Below, piece by piece: positions 36,492 to 50,249 of a stretch of DNA of 64,000 nt. The notes below the pieces were generated by a model. That model ran no database searches, was not told the origin of the DNA, and was given only the letters and a program-made list of their open reading frames with translations. Every line of letters starts with the position of its first letter. Position 1 is the first letter of the stretch. The position numbers and the translations under genes are program-made. The stretch comes from the human T2T-CHM13v2.0 reference genome, Homo sapiens. The DNA lies in NCBI RefSeq assembly GCF_009914755.1, contig NC_060935.1; one strand, 5' to 3'.

Positions 36492-37605
36492 TTTTTTTTT
36501 TATCATTTGGACAACTCCTTTTCCTTCTTTATCCTTTATCTTCTTCATGCATTTATAATTCTGATTTGTTCTTATACAATGTTATTAACAGAGCCTTTTG
36601 TTGCATTTTGCGTTTCCTACAAATAATATAATTCTGAATCAGAGTATTAAAGGAATTCAGTTAAGTTCTCCCATTCATGCGAAAAGTGGTCTAGTACCTC
36701 TTCCTGGCCATAACTCCATGTCATATATGAGTGAAAGAGTTAAGAGTTCTATTCTCAAGAGTTAAGATAATCTCATGGGAAAATAGTAATCATGTCCTCC
36801 CTAGGAGTAATTACCCATCTATATGCTCTTTTCCCATCTGCTAGATTTTTTTCTTCCAATAATTTATTATTCTTATGAGCCTAGTTTCGGCTTTTATTAA
36901 GCCATTATTATGTCAGTTTTAAGGGGTATAGTGTGTCCATGTGATGTATTTCTTAGGCTATTTATGTCCATGTGCCTTGTGGAAATCTGTGCCTTAAATC
37001 AATGAGATGTAATTGAGTGGGCAAATTGTTAGAACGTAGTGTTTCTGTAGGTTGACAGTGTTGTCATTTGTGGCTTAGGTCATAGACTAGGTGAAATCCA
37101 AAATGGTAAAAAAAAAAAAATCTATTTAAGGATAAATTAATTTGAAACCACTAGGATCTATGCCTAATGGTCCTTTAAAATAGACAACAAACTGTGTTGT
37201 CATATTTGACCTTAGCATATACTCCTCAAACTGTTACAGAACTTTTTTCTTCACCACATTTTGGTTGACTTAGTGGGCTACGTCATTATTCTGCTCATCA
37301 TTATATGTCATCCATGCATATACCCAAGTGGCTACCACCTCTAAATCCTAGGCCAGTGGGTTTCTCTTTCTTTTTTGAGTCAAAACCTGGGTTCTTTGGT
37401 GGATCCTATGCCCACTTTAAACTTCCCTTAGAATACTTGTATGACCTTCCATAATAGCATTCTCTATTGCTAAAATTCTTCGTCATCCATTCATCAGAGA
37501 CTTGTCTGCCTGATCAAATGGTGAAGTTACCATACAGGAGTCTGAAAATGCACAGACATTGCTCTGAGAGCAAGAACCAAATGCTGCACACAATGAAGGA
37601 TATGC

Positions 37606-37608
<3 letters not shown>

Positions 37609-37658
<50 letters not shown>

Positions 37659-37819
37659 CATATATATAATACATATATATAATATATATGTATAGTATAT
37701 ATATAATATATGTATAGTATATATATAATATATATGTATAGTATATATATAATATATGTATAGTATATATATAATATATATGTATAGTGTATATATGTTT
37801 TATATATGTATATGTATAG
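37609..37819. repeat. (TA)n plus 22-24-bp tatatatataatat(at)atgtatag minisatellite
   Basis: About 22 TA units followed by about 5 higher-order units. Confidence 0.93.
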
Positions 37820-38847
37820 TCTTTCAAAGGAATTAATTTTGCTTACTTTGACAAAGGTTTTACCATTCAGAATGAGAATTTCAACAGATTTTCATAATAA
37901 TCATACCTCACAATTTAGGAAATCCCATTGGGAAATTCAGTATTCTGTTTTTCTGTGGTAGGAAATGTATAATTGCCTGAGCAACAGGAGTGGAAACCTC
38001 TGTGAGAGGTTTCTTTTCTTCCGAAAGTTATGCTTATGAATATGATATACTTCCTAGAGTCATCTCCTAAAATATGTTTCTGTACATACTATTTCCATTT
38101 TATTAAGATATTTTGTTATGCTAAGCCATTAATGACATTAAATTGTGTCTCTGTGAAAGCCCAATAACTTCTCAGTAGCTGCCTATCCAATGGGCTTCCT
38201 CTGGACAAGCTATCAGGAATTATTGAATCCCAAATCCCAATAATCATCACAGGGTGGCAGGAGTAGGTTTCTGCTAGAGTCTTCAGTCTGCATATGTTCA
38301 TATATATACACTTTCAAAAATGACTGCATTCGGTTCTTGGGTCTAATGGCACTGCATGAGTAACTTCCCATTATGAATTTTCTGGAACCCTTGTCATTTT
38401 TTTTTATTACTAGGATGTGGAAGATCTAGTGGTATAATTGCTAAGGTTTGTGAAATATCTCTGATGGCCCAGACCATGTTGTTTCCAGAATCTTGCATGA
38501 TTAGTCTAAGCTCTATCTTTTGACTAGACCAATCAAGAACATTAGACTACTAATATTTACCATAGTCCCTGTATTCTTCCACATTGCTTCTTCTGAGGGA
38601 GAAACTATTACAATGTTATCAAGGTAATGAATTATTTTATTATGTTCATGTCTAAATTTCATTTCACCTAATTATGGCATTATACTACGTATATATCTTT
38701 GAGGAAAAATGGCAAACATATGTTGCATTTCTTTCCACGTAAAAGCAAATGAATCTGGATATTGTTTTAATTTTAAAAGTTGATCTGGAAACCCAAAATA
38801 TAAAATTTGCAATTAAATTTTGAAAGGATAATGAACCAATCTGAATA

Positions 38848-39131
<284 letters not shown>

Positions 39132-40476
39132 TCAGTTTGCATGTTTTTGGTTCAAATGATGGGAAACTCAATTCAACTTCTTTTGAAATATAAGAAAATT
39201 TATTGATTGGCTGGCATAATCGCACTTTTCAATGTCATGAAAATACTTAAGGTTAGTTGATAAAATGGATAAATTATGTTTTTAAGGAGCCCTATTATTA
39301 TTTATTTTGACCCATGAATTACAATATTGGATTAAATCTGGCTTTCCTATGACAAGAAGGATTGCTATTTGTAGTGATTTAGAGAGGGCTCTTCCCACAA
39401 CTGTGGCAGAGGTAATTGACCTTATTATGATGTGGAATGGAAGTGTTATAACACAATGGTTGCAAGATATAATACTTTTGTCTTCCAGGTTACTAAGTTG
39501 AGCACATCTTACCAGTCCGTTTTCCAATGGTGGTAATAAATGAGAAAGTGCAGATGTCCATTCCTGAATGGGTATAATGAACAGGGATGAGATGTTTTTA
39601 GGATGAAAGTCTGGACTATTCCGCTAAATAAGTTATGAGATCAGTAGCAATGCTAGCAGAAGATGAAGGGGGAAAAAAATTTGGTAAGGAAGAAGAAGGT
39701 AAATAGCAGTTGCAACTCTTGAGATCAGCTGCAGTGGTAAGAGACATAGTTTGTCCTCAAACCTTTCTCTTTGAGTTCTCAAGTAAGAGAATCCTAAAGG
39801 AGCTATTCTGATAATTCATATAAAGATATAAATTCAAGTGTCATAAGGTGTATGTTGTGGTGTACTTGAGGAGAACTTGCCCTGCCCTTCATTTAGGAAA
39901 GAAGAGTTTATTTAAGCTGTTGGATGTGCTGTTAGTAGAGAGCCTTCAGATCATAGCACCTTCAATATCTGTAAAGGTGCAAAATCTACCTCAAAAAGGT
40001 CTCATGCTCTTTCCCAGAGATATCCCTTTTTGCATCCAGATTAATATTTAGCTTCAGGTATAATTAGAGTGCAAGTAGAAAACAGGGTCCTTTTCTATAA
40101 GAAAATAATTTATTCTGCTAAAATTGCAAATCCAGATAATTTAAACAATGACAATCATAGGAATATGTGGAACTGGATCTTGTGGATATTGAAATGCAGA
40201 TTGACATTGATTAGGCTGCATGGGGGAATGTTTATCAGTGTGAAAATAATCTCCCATAAATATATGTGGCACAAGGTTTATGTTGACTAAAATCGCTGAG
40301 CACATCCTGTGTGTCAGACATATAGAAGAAAGCATTCCAAGTGTTTAGGGTGGATGTTCAGGTGTCACCACGACTAACGCTTTTGGAGGCCATTCCAATG
40401 TTCTATCTAGACAATAGCTTCTAGGTGATGGGAAATGTGGTCATTGCAGTAAATTCTATGGCAGTAAGTTATTCTT

Positions 40477-43400
40477 AATTTTTTTAAATTGTTTCTTACT
40501 TTAAGTTCTGGGGTACATGTGAAGAATGTGAAGGTTACATAGGTACACCTGTGCCATGGTGGTTTGCTGCACCTATCAACATATCATCTAAGTTTTAAGT
40601 CTCACATGCCATAGGTATTCATATTAATGCTCTACCTCCCCTTGTTACCCACCTCTCAACAGGCCCTGGTGTGTTATGTTCCCCTCCTTGTGTCCATGTG
40701 TTCCCATTGTTCAACTCCCACTTATGAGTGAGAACATGCAGTGTTTGGTTTTCTGTTGCTGTGTTATTTTGCTGAGAATGATGGTTTCCAGCTTCATCCA
40801 TGTCCCTGCGAAGGACATGAACTCATTCTTTTTTATGGCTGCATAGTATTCCATGATATACATGTACTACATTTTCTTTATTCAATCTATCATCAATGGG
40901 CATTTGGGTTGGTTCCAAGTCTTTGCTATTTTAAATAGCTCTGCAATAAACATATGTGTGCATGTGTCTCTATCATAGAATGATTTATAATCCTTTGGGT
41001 ATATACCCAGTAATGGGATTGATGGATCAAATGATATTTTTAGTTCCAGATCCTTGAGGAATCACCACACCGTCTTCCACAGTGAATGAACTAATCTACA
41101 CTCCCACCAACTGTGTAAAAGTGTTCCTATTTCTCCACATCCTCTCCATATCTGTTGTTTCCTGACTTTTTAATGATCACCATTCTAACTGGCATGAGAT
41201 GGTATCTCATTGTGGTTTTGATTTGCATTTCTCTAATGACCATTGATAATTACCTTTTTTTCATGTTTGTTGGTTGCATAAATGTCTTCTTTTGAGAAGT
41301 GTCTGTTCATATCCTTTGCCCACTTTTTGATGGGGTTGTTCATTTTTTTCTTGTAAATTTGTTTGAGTTCATTGTAGATTGTGGATATTAGCCCTTTGTC
41401 AGATGAGTAGGTTGTGAAAATTTTCTCCCATTCTGTAGGTTGCCTGTTCACTCTGATGGTAGTTTCTTTTGCTGTGCAGAAGCTCTTGAGTTTAATTAGA
41501 TCCCATTTGTCAATTTTGGCTTTTGTTGCCATTGTTTTTGGTGTTTCAGTCATGAAGTCTTTGCCCATACCTATGTCCTGATTGGTATTGCCTAGGTTTT
41601 CTTCTAGGGTTTTTATAATTTTAGGTTTTACCTTTAAGTCTTTAAGCCATCATGAGTTAATTTTTTATAAGGTGTAAGGAAGGGGTCCAGTTTCAGTTTT
41701 CTGCATACGGCTAGCCAGTTTTCCCAGCAGTATTTATTAAATAAGGAATCTTTTCCCCATTTCTGGTTTCTGTCATATTTATCAAAGATCAGATGGTTAT
41801 AGATGTATGGTGTTATTTCTGAGGCATGAATATTTCTGATGGTTTTAGATGTGTGGGGTTTTCCTCTTTTATTCTGTTGGTCTATATATCTGTTTTGGTA
41901 CCAGTACCATGCTATTTTCGTTGCTGTAGACTTGCAGTATAATTTGAAATCAGGTAGTGTGATGCCTCCAGGTTTGTTCTTTTTGCTTAGGATTGTGTTG
42001 ACTATACAGGCTCTTTTTTGGTTTCATATGAAATTTAAAGTAGTTTTTTCTAATTCTGTGAAGAAAATCAATGGTAGCTTGATAGGAATAGCATTGAATC
42101 TCTCAATTACTTGGGGCAGTATGACCATTTTCAGGATATAGATTCTTCTTACCCATGAGCATTTGTTTGTGTCCTCTCTTATTTCCTTCAGCAGTGGTTT
42201 GTAGTTCTCCTTGAAGAGGCCATTCATGTCCCTTGTATGTTGCATTCCTAGGTATTTTATTCACTTTGTAGCAATTTTGAATGGGAGTTCACTCATGATT
42301 TGGCTCTCTGCTTGTCTGTTATTGATGTATAGGAATGCTTGTGATTTTTGCAGATTGATTATGTATCTTGAGACTTTGCTGAAGTTGCTTATCAGCTTAA
42401 GGAGTTTTTGGGCTGAGATGATCAGGTTTTCTACATATACAATCATGTCATCTTCAACAGAGACAATTTGACTTCCTCTCTTCCTATTTCAATATGCTTT
42501 ATTTCTTTCTCTTGCCTGATTGCCCTGGACAGAACTTCCAATTCTATGTTGAATAGGAGTGGTAACAGAGAGCCTCATTGTCTTGTGCCATTTTTCAAAG
42601 GAAATGCTTCCAGCTTTTGCCCATTCAGTACATATTGGCTATGGGTTTGTCATAAATAGGTCTTATTATTTTGAGATATGTTCCATCAATACTTAGTTTA
42701 TTGAGAGTTTTTAGCATGAAGGGGATTGAATTTTATCAAAGGCCTTTTCTGCATCTATTGAGATAATCATGTGGCTTTTGTCACTGATTCTCTTTGTGTG
42801 ATGGATTACATTTATTAATTTGTGTATGTTAAACAAGCCTCACATCCCAGGGATAAAGCTGACTTGATTGTGGTGGATAAACTTTTTGATGTGTGGCTGG
42901 ATTTGGTTTTCCAGTATTTTATTTAGGATTTTTTTCATCAACATTCATCAGGGATATTGGTCTGAAGTTTTCTTTTTTTTTTATGTCTCTGACAGGTTTT
43001 GGTATCAGCGTGATGCTGGCCTCATAAAATGAGTTAGGGAGGAGTCCCTATTTTTTCTATCATTTTGAATAGTTTCCAAAGGAATGGTACCAGCTCCTCT
43101 TTGTACCTCTAGTAGAATTTGACTGTGAATCCATCTGGACCTGGGCTTTTTTGTTGTTGTTGGTAGGCTGGTAATTACTGCCTCAATTTCAGAACTTGTT
43201 ATGCATCTATTTTGGGATTCAACTACCTCCTGGTTTAATCTTGGTAGGGTGTCTGTGTCCAGGAATTTATCCATTTCTTCAGATTTTCTAGATTATTTGC
43301 ATAGAGGTGTTTATAGTATTCTCTGATGGTAGTTCGTATTTCTGTGAGATCAGTGGTGATATCCCCTTAATCATTTTTTATTGTGTCTATTTGATTCTTC

Positions 43401-45814
43401 TCTCTTTTCTTCTTTATTAGTCTGGCTAGCAGTCTATCTATTTTGTTAGTCTTTTCAAAAAAACACCTCTTGGATTCCTTGATATTTTGAAAGGTTTTTC
43501 ATGTCTCTATCTCCTTCATTTCTGCTTTGATCTTAGTTATTATTACTTGACTTCTGCTAACTTTTGAATTTGTTTGCTATTGCTTCTCTAGTTATTTTAA
43601 TTGTGATCTTAGTGTGTCAAGTTTAGATCTTTCCTGCTTTCTCTTGTGGGCACTTAGTGCCATAATTTCCCTCTGAACACTACTTTATCTGTGTCCCAGA
43701 GAGTCTGGTGATTTGTGTTTTTGTTCTCATTGTTTTCAAAGAACTTGTTCATTTCTGTCTTAATTTTGTGATTTACCCAGTCGTCAATAAGAAGCAGGTG
43801 GTTCAGTTTTCACGTAGTTGTGTGATTTTGAATGAATTTCTTAATCCTGGATTCCAATTTGATTGCTCTGCTGTCTGAGACACTGTTATAATTTCCATTT
43901 TTTGCATTTGCTGAGGAGTGTTTTACTTCCAATTATGTGGTCAGTTTTACAGTAATTGTGGTGTGGTGCTGAGAAGAATGCATATTCTATTGATTTGGGG
44001 TGAAGAGTTCTGTAGATGTCTATTAGGTCTGCTTGGTCCAGAGCTGAGTTCAAGTCCTCAATATCCTTGTTATTTTTTTGTCTCGTTTATCTGTCTAATA
44101 TTGTCAATGGGGTGTTAAAGTCTCCCATTATTATTGCGTGGGAGTCTAAGTCTCTTTTTAGTTCTCTAAGAACTTGCTTTATGAATCTGGGTGCTCCTGT
44201 ATTGGGTGCATATATATTTAGGATAGTTAGCTCTTCTTATTGCATTGATCCCTTTACAATTATGTAATGGCCTTCTTTGTCTTTTTTGCTCATTGTTGAT
44301 TTAAATTCTGTTTTATCAGACACTAGGATTGCAACCCCTGCTTTATTTTGCTTTCCATTTGCTTGGTAAATATTCCTTCATTTCTTTATTTTGAGCCTAT
44401 GTGTGCCTTTGCACATGAGGTGGGTCTCCTGAATACAGCACACTGATGGGTCATGACTCTATCCAATTTCAAGTCTGTGTCTTTTAATTGGGGCATTTAG
44501 CCCATTTACATTTAAGGTTAATATTGTTATGTTTGAATTTGATCCTGTCATTATGATGCTAGCTGATTATTTTGCCCATCAGTTGAGGCAGTTTCTTCCT
44601 AATGTCCATGGTCTTTACATTTTGGTTTGTTTTTGCAATGGCTGGTACCGGGTTTTCCTTTCCATGTTTAGTGCTTCCTTCAGGAGCTCTTGGAAGGCAG
44701 GCCTGGTGGTAAAGAGTCTCTCAGCATTTGCTTTTCTGTAAAGGATTTTATTTCCTCTTCACTTATGAAGCTTAGTTTGGCTGGATATGAAATTCTCTTT
44801 TCTTTAAGAATGCTGAATATTGGCCTCCACTTTCTTCTGGGCTGTAGGGTTTCTGCTGAGAGATCTGCTGTTAGTCTGATAGACTTCCGTTTGTGGATAA
44901 CCTGACCTTTCTTTCTCGCTACCCTTAACATCTTTTCTTTCATTTCAACCTTGCTGAATCTGACGATTATGTGTCTTAAGGTTGCTCTTGTTGAGGAGTA
45001 TCTTTGTGGTGTTCTCTCTATTTCCTGAATTTCAATATTGGCCTGTCTTGCTATGTTGGGGAAGTTCTCTTAGATAATATCCAATATCTCTTAGATAATG
45101 GAACTTGGTTCCATTATCCTTGTCACTTTCAGTACACCAATAAAACATAGGTTTGGTCTTTTCACATAGTCCCCAGTTTCTTGGAGTCTTTGTTCATTTC
45201 TTTTCATTCTTTTTTCTCTAATCTTGTCTTCACACTTTATTTCATTAAGTTGATCTTCAGTCTCTGATATCCTTTCTTCTGGTTGTTTGATTCAGCTATT
45301 GATACTTGTGTATGCTTCATGAAGTTCTCTTGCTTTATTTTTCAGCTCCATCAGGTCATTTGTGTTCTTCTCTAAACTGGTTATACTAGTTAGCAATTCC
45401 TCTAACCTTTTTTCAAGGTTCATAGCTTCCTTGCGTTGGGTTACAACATACTCTTTTAGCTTGAAGGAGATTATTATTACTCACATTCTGAAGCCTACTT
45501 CTGTCAATTCGTCAAACTTATTCTCCATCCAGGTTTCTGGGGTTTCTGTGTGGATGTCCTTTTTGTTGATATTATGCTATTCCTTTCTCTTTGTTAGTTT
45601 TCCTTCTAACAGGCTCCTCTTCTGCAGGCCTGCTGCAGTTTTCTGGAGGTCCACTCCAGACTCTGTTTGCCTGAGTATCACCAGCAGAGGCTGCAGAACA
45701 GCAAAGATTGCTGCCTGTTCCTTGCTATGGAAGCTTCCATCCAGGGGGGCACCTGGCAGATGCCAACTGGAGCTCTCCTGTGTAAAGTGTCTGTCAACCC
45801 CTGCTGGGAGGTGG
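40477..45814 (-). mobile_element. Older L1PA (PA7/8-like), about 5.3 kb, with internal deletions, truncated in the 5'UTR
   Basis: 3' end ctttaagttctggggtacatgtg..., ORF2 and ORF1 fragments (MKEKMLRVARKK), 5'UTR segment ending gggaggtgg and fused to OR sequence. Confidence 0.93.
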
Positions 45815-45924
45815 CTCTGTGATTAAAAAAACACTATTTCCTTCCTAGCTTGCATGGGCCAGCTCTTTAAAGAGCACCCATTTGGTGGTGCTGAGGCCTT
45901 CCTTCTGGCGGTAATGGCCTATGA
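45815..45924 (+). pseudogene. 110-bp OR4A-like gene remnant (ECL1 to TM3); may be the locus I recall as OR4X7P
   Basis: From 45833 it translates [30 protein letters not shown], aligning to 23017-23123. It is followed directly by a homolog of the pseudogene 3' flank. Confidence 0.85.
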
Positions 45925-48880
45925 GTGAGATTGTCAGATGTGTAATGGCAATTCAGGGATCCTAGATTGGGAAAGCAGGATTTAGGAGCTCCCAGCACAG
46001 TTAACACGTAGTCCCATCAGGGCCTCAATTTGACATCCAAGATCTCAAATTGTATATCCATAGTGAATGTGGACAAAGCTCTTTGGGTGTAATTTCAAAT
46101 GTACAGCTCTTTTATTCTGGTTCTTCTCTATTTTCACATCTATAAACTAGAGATAGTGTTTTTCTTTCACATTCTCAGCAAACAAGGAAGAGAGGAGTAG
46201 ATAACCAAAAACAGACACTTGTGTTCACAAGGAAAGGCTAAGGTGCTTCCTTCAGTGCAATTTCCTTAAAAACGTTGTAATATATCTGTGTTTTTTAATT
46301 GGCATTTACAACATTATAAAAGAGGCATATTCACAGATATATTTGCAACTGACTCTTCTTGGGTTTGAGCTGAAAGTCTGTGTGTGTGCAGTGGGATAAT
46401 TCCCATAAGAGCCTTAGAATTATTTTTGTTTAAGTGGTAGGGTTTATGAGACACATTTAAAAATCTTTCTGAAGTCTCAAAGAAGCTTTCATTGACGACT
46501 TTAAGATGACATTTATTCTGACGTTTAAAGCATGTGGCATTGGCTTTAATATCAGAAGCTAGGTGACATTGCTTATATTGAGTCTTTAGATCTTTGGAGA
46601 GACTGGAAAGGGAAACCAGTTTTATTTTTGAAACTGGCACGTTTTGGCTCATTTTTCTTGTACATTTTGCCTGAAAATTCAAGTTATTCTTTTAACTCAT
46701 ATTTTTATCTATGCCTTATCATATTACACAGTGTCACAAGAAACAGGTTGAACTTTCAATATTGCACTTGAAAATTTTAACTGAATCCACCTGTTGACTT
46801 AAGTACACTGTCTGTTTTCTACATTACTAGAGGTAGCAATATCACCAAACCTTCCTTTCTGGCACTAGATAAGGAGTCATTTTTTTTCTTTTTTCTCCTA
46901 TTTACTTCTGTCTTTTCAGCATGTACTTACTTACACTGTCCAGGAGACCCTTCTAGGTGTCATGTAGCTTCTGGTATTAAAGTCTGTGCTACATGTTTTG
47001 GATCGTTGTTATGGAAACACCACACTTACAGGTGCCAATTTTATTCTGGTCATCTCTTCCTGCATTGTACAAGACTCCACAGTTTTTGTGACTTAAAACA
47101 ATCACCATTTTATTTTAACTTTAAATTTTATGGGCTAGGAATTCAGGCAGTTGCTGGCTGGGTATTTCTTCTGCTTCATGTGGCATGGACTGAAGTCACT
47201 CAGTGTTATTCAGCTGATAGCTGGGTCATCTGTAGGGTCCAGGGAAGCTTACTTTGTATTTCTAATAACTTTTAAGTGATGACAGGAAGAGATCCACTGA
47301 GTACTTCCTCTGGTCCATTTAGATGAAGGACCACAAGGTCTCTCCAACAGGATAGTCAGGCTTTTTACATGGCACTAAGAGATCCACAGGTTAGAAAGTA
47401 GAAGACGTCAGGCCAATTAAGGGCTATGTCCAAAACTGGCACAATGTCAGTTGCAACATCTTCTGTTGTTCAGAGTGGTCACATGACCATCTCAGATTTG
47501 AAATGTTACAGAAACAGATGATAGCCCTTGATGGGGAAGCGGCAAAGTCACTTTGCAGAGCAATGTGCAGAACAATTTTCTACATCTGAAAAGGCACATG
47601 TTGGAAGTTTTATTCAGACTGAGTTGCATCTATAAATCATCTTGGACTGAATTAACATCTTAACAATAGTGGGTTTCCTAATTCTTGAATACATACATCT
47701 ATTTGGCGTTTTAAATATTTATGTTTGAAAAATTTTGTAGTTATTATTGTAGGATCACACTCATCTGGTCCTAGTTATTTTTGTGTCCAGATGATTTCAC
47801 AGGTTTTTAATTAAAAAAACTTCAATCGTTATTGCTGTTAGTATTTATAAATGCAGTTGATTTTTTCATTTGGCATTTGAGTCCTATAAACATGATAAAT
47901 CTACCACTTATTTCTTGTCATCTCTGTAGATTCTTTAGTGTTTTATGAGACACTATCCTGTTATCTACAAACAAGAATAGTTCATTACTTTGAGGGATAG
48001 AGGAGCGTTTAACTTTTCAATTTGTTTTGGGGTCATTTTCAGAAGGTCAGGTTTTCCCCACATTTTACCCTTTTATCTAAGCTGTCAAATTAATTAAAAT
48101 AATGTTTTTCATAACAATTCTTTTCTATCACTTTAAAGTCTAAAGGATCTATTTGAAGATGATTGTTTAAAATTTCTGATGTTGGTAACTTGAATTTCTA
48201 TTTCTTTTCTCTTTCTTGATCATTCTTTCTAGAAGTTTATCAATTTTATTATAAAAGTAACAACTTTTGACTGTTTTGATTTTCTCTAATGTTTCCTATT
48301 TTATTGATTTTTGATCTTATATTTATCATGTCCTTTCTTTTATTTAACTTGACCTTAATTGACTCTTCTTAAGGTGAAAGCTCAGCTGGATGCTTTAAAA
48401 CATTTATTTTTAATCTATAACACACATACATATATATAATATAACACTTTTAATATAACACTTATAGCTATTTATAGTTATATGACACATAGCTATAACT
48501 TTTTCTCTCAGTACTATTTTAATTACATCTCACACATTTTGATATGTTTTAGTGTTGAATTCTAAATATTTGCTTATTTCTATTATAGCTTTTACTTTGA
48601 TTCATAGGTTATAAAAATTATTGCCAAGATTCCAAATATTTGAAGATTTTCTAGATATATGAGCTGTTTATTACCATATAAAAGTTACTCTAAAACTTCG
48701 ACTGGATATGCTATGTACTTATTATGTCTCAATTTTTGAAGGTCAGGAAACTAAGGATGGCTTAGCAGATTCCAGTGCTTCAGGGTCTCTTACAAATCTG
48801 TAATCATCGTCTGGTTGGGGCTATAGTCTCATATGAAGGCTTGGCTGAGGAAGGATCCACTTCCAAGCTGGCTGTTGGCA
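45925..48880 (+). repeat. Segmental duplication block B (OR 3' flank), paralog of 23745-26568
   Basis: Colinear matches, e.g. gagactggaaaggg..accagttt and atgaaggcttggctgaggaaggatccacttcca. Confidence 0.85.
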
Positions 48881-49939
48881 GGACTCAGTTTCTCAATAAA
48901 AATGAAAAATCTTTTGAAAGTGTCATTCTACTTAACATCTAACAGCACTTTGAAATTGTTTTATATGTTTTACTGCTGCATGTTATTAACTTCTGAATAT
49001 ATTGTTTATTAATTTTGTTTGAACAATTTTTATAAAAATGACTAAAAAAGAAAGAAAAATAATCTTTATTTAATCCCTATGCATTATCTCTACTTTCTTA
49101 ATTCTTTTCTATAAATTATAATTTTTATGTAATATTGTGTTTTTCTGCCTGAGGAACTTTTTTTTTTTGCATTTCTTATAATACAGTTCGGCTGTCTATG
49201 ACCTATCTCATCCCTCCAGTACTGAGCTTATTACTGAATTGCATAAGGCAGGTTGAGACTACATTTAGCTCTCCCCTCAACACAAAAGAGGTAAAAGATT
49301 GAAAGAGTGAGAAGAAATTCCATCAATTTGCTAGTGCAAGGGGTGTTGGAAAAGAGTTTGAAGTTCAATTTCTGCTATAATAGAATGATGTAGTAAATGT
49401 TTCAGCTTTCTGTTGAAACTCAAGAAGTTCCATGTCTCAGCAATAATGTCTACATCCCAGAATTACAGATTATACGATAGCCCTTTTAGATATTCTTTAC
49501 CAATTGGGCTACTCATTTTCTTTCTTTATCTTTTATCATCTTCATCTTTTTATAGTTCTAATTTGTTCTTATGCAGTTGTATCAACAGAAGAATTTACTG
49601 CATTGTACATTTCAAAACAAATAATACAATTATCAGACAGAGCATTAAATAACTTCAGTTTAGTTCTCCCATTCAAGTGAGAAGGGGTTCATTGTCCTTT
49701 CCTAGCATTAGCTGACTTCATGTCACATATGAGAGAAACAGGAGTTTTATTTTCTTGAAACAAAACAATGTCTTGAGGAAAGAATAGTCATGTCCATTCT
49801 AGGCATTATCACCCATCTGTGTGTTCCTTTCCCATCTGGCATGGTTTTTCTGTGTAACTATTACCTATATAAACCCAATTTATATTTTTGATTAAGCCAT
49901 TATTATGTGGTTTGTAAGGAATGTAATATGTGCATGTGA

Positions 49940-50249
<310 letters not shown>

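Noticed and set aside
37467-37827. Tyr/Ile-rich ORFs, or a CRISPR-like array
   Set aside because: These are translations of a TA satellite; the units are contiguous with no unique spacers
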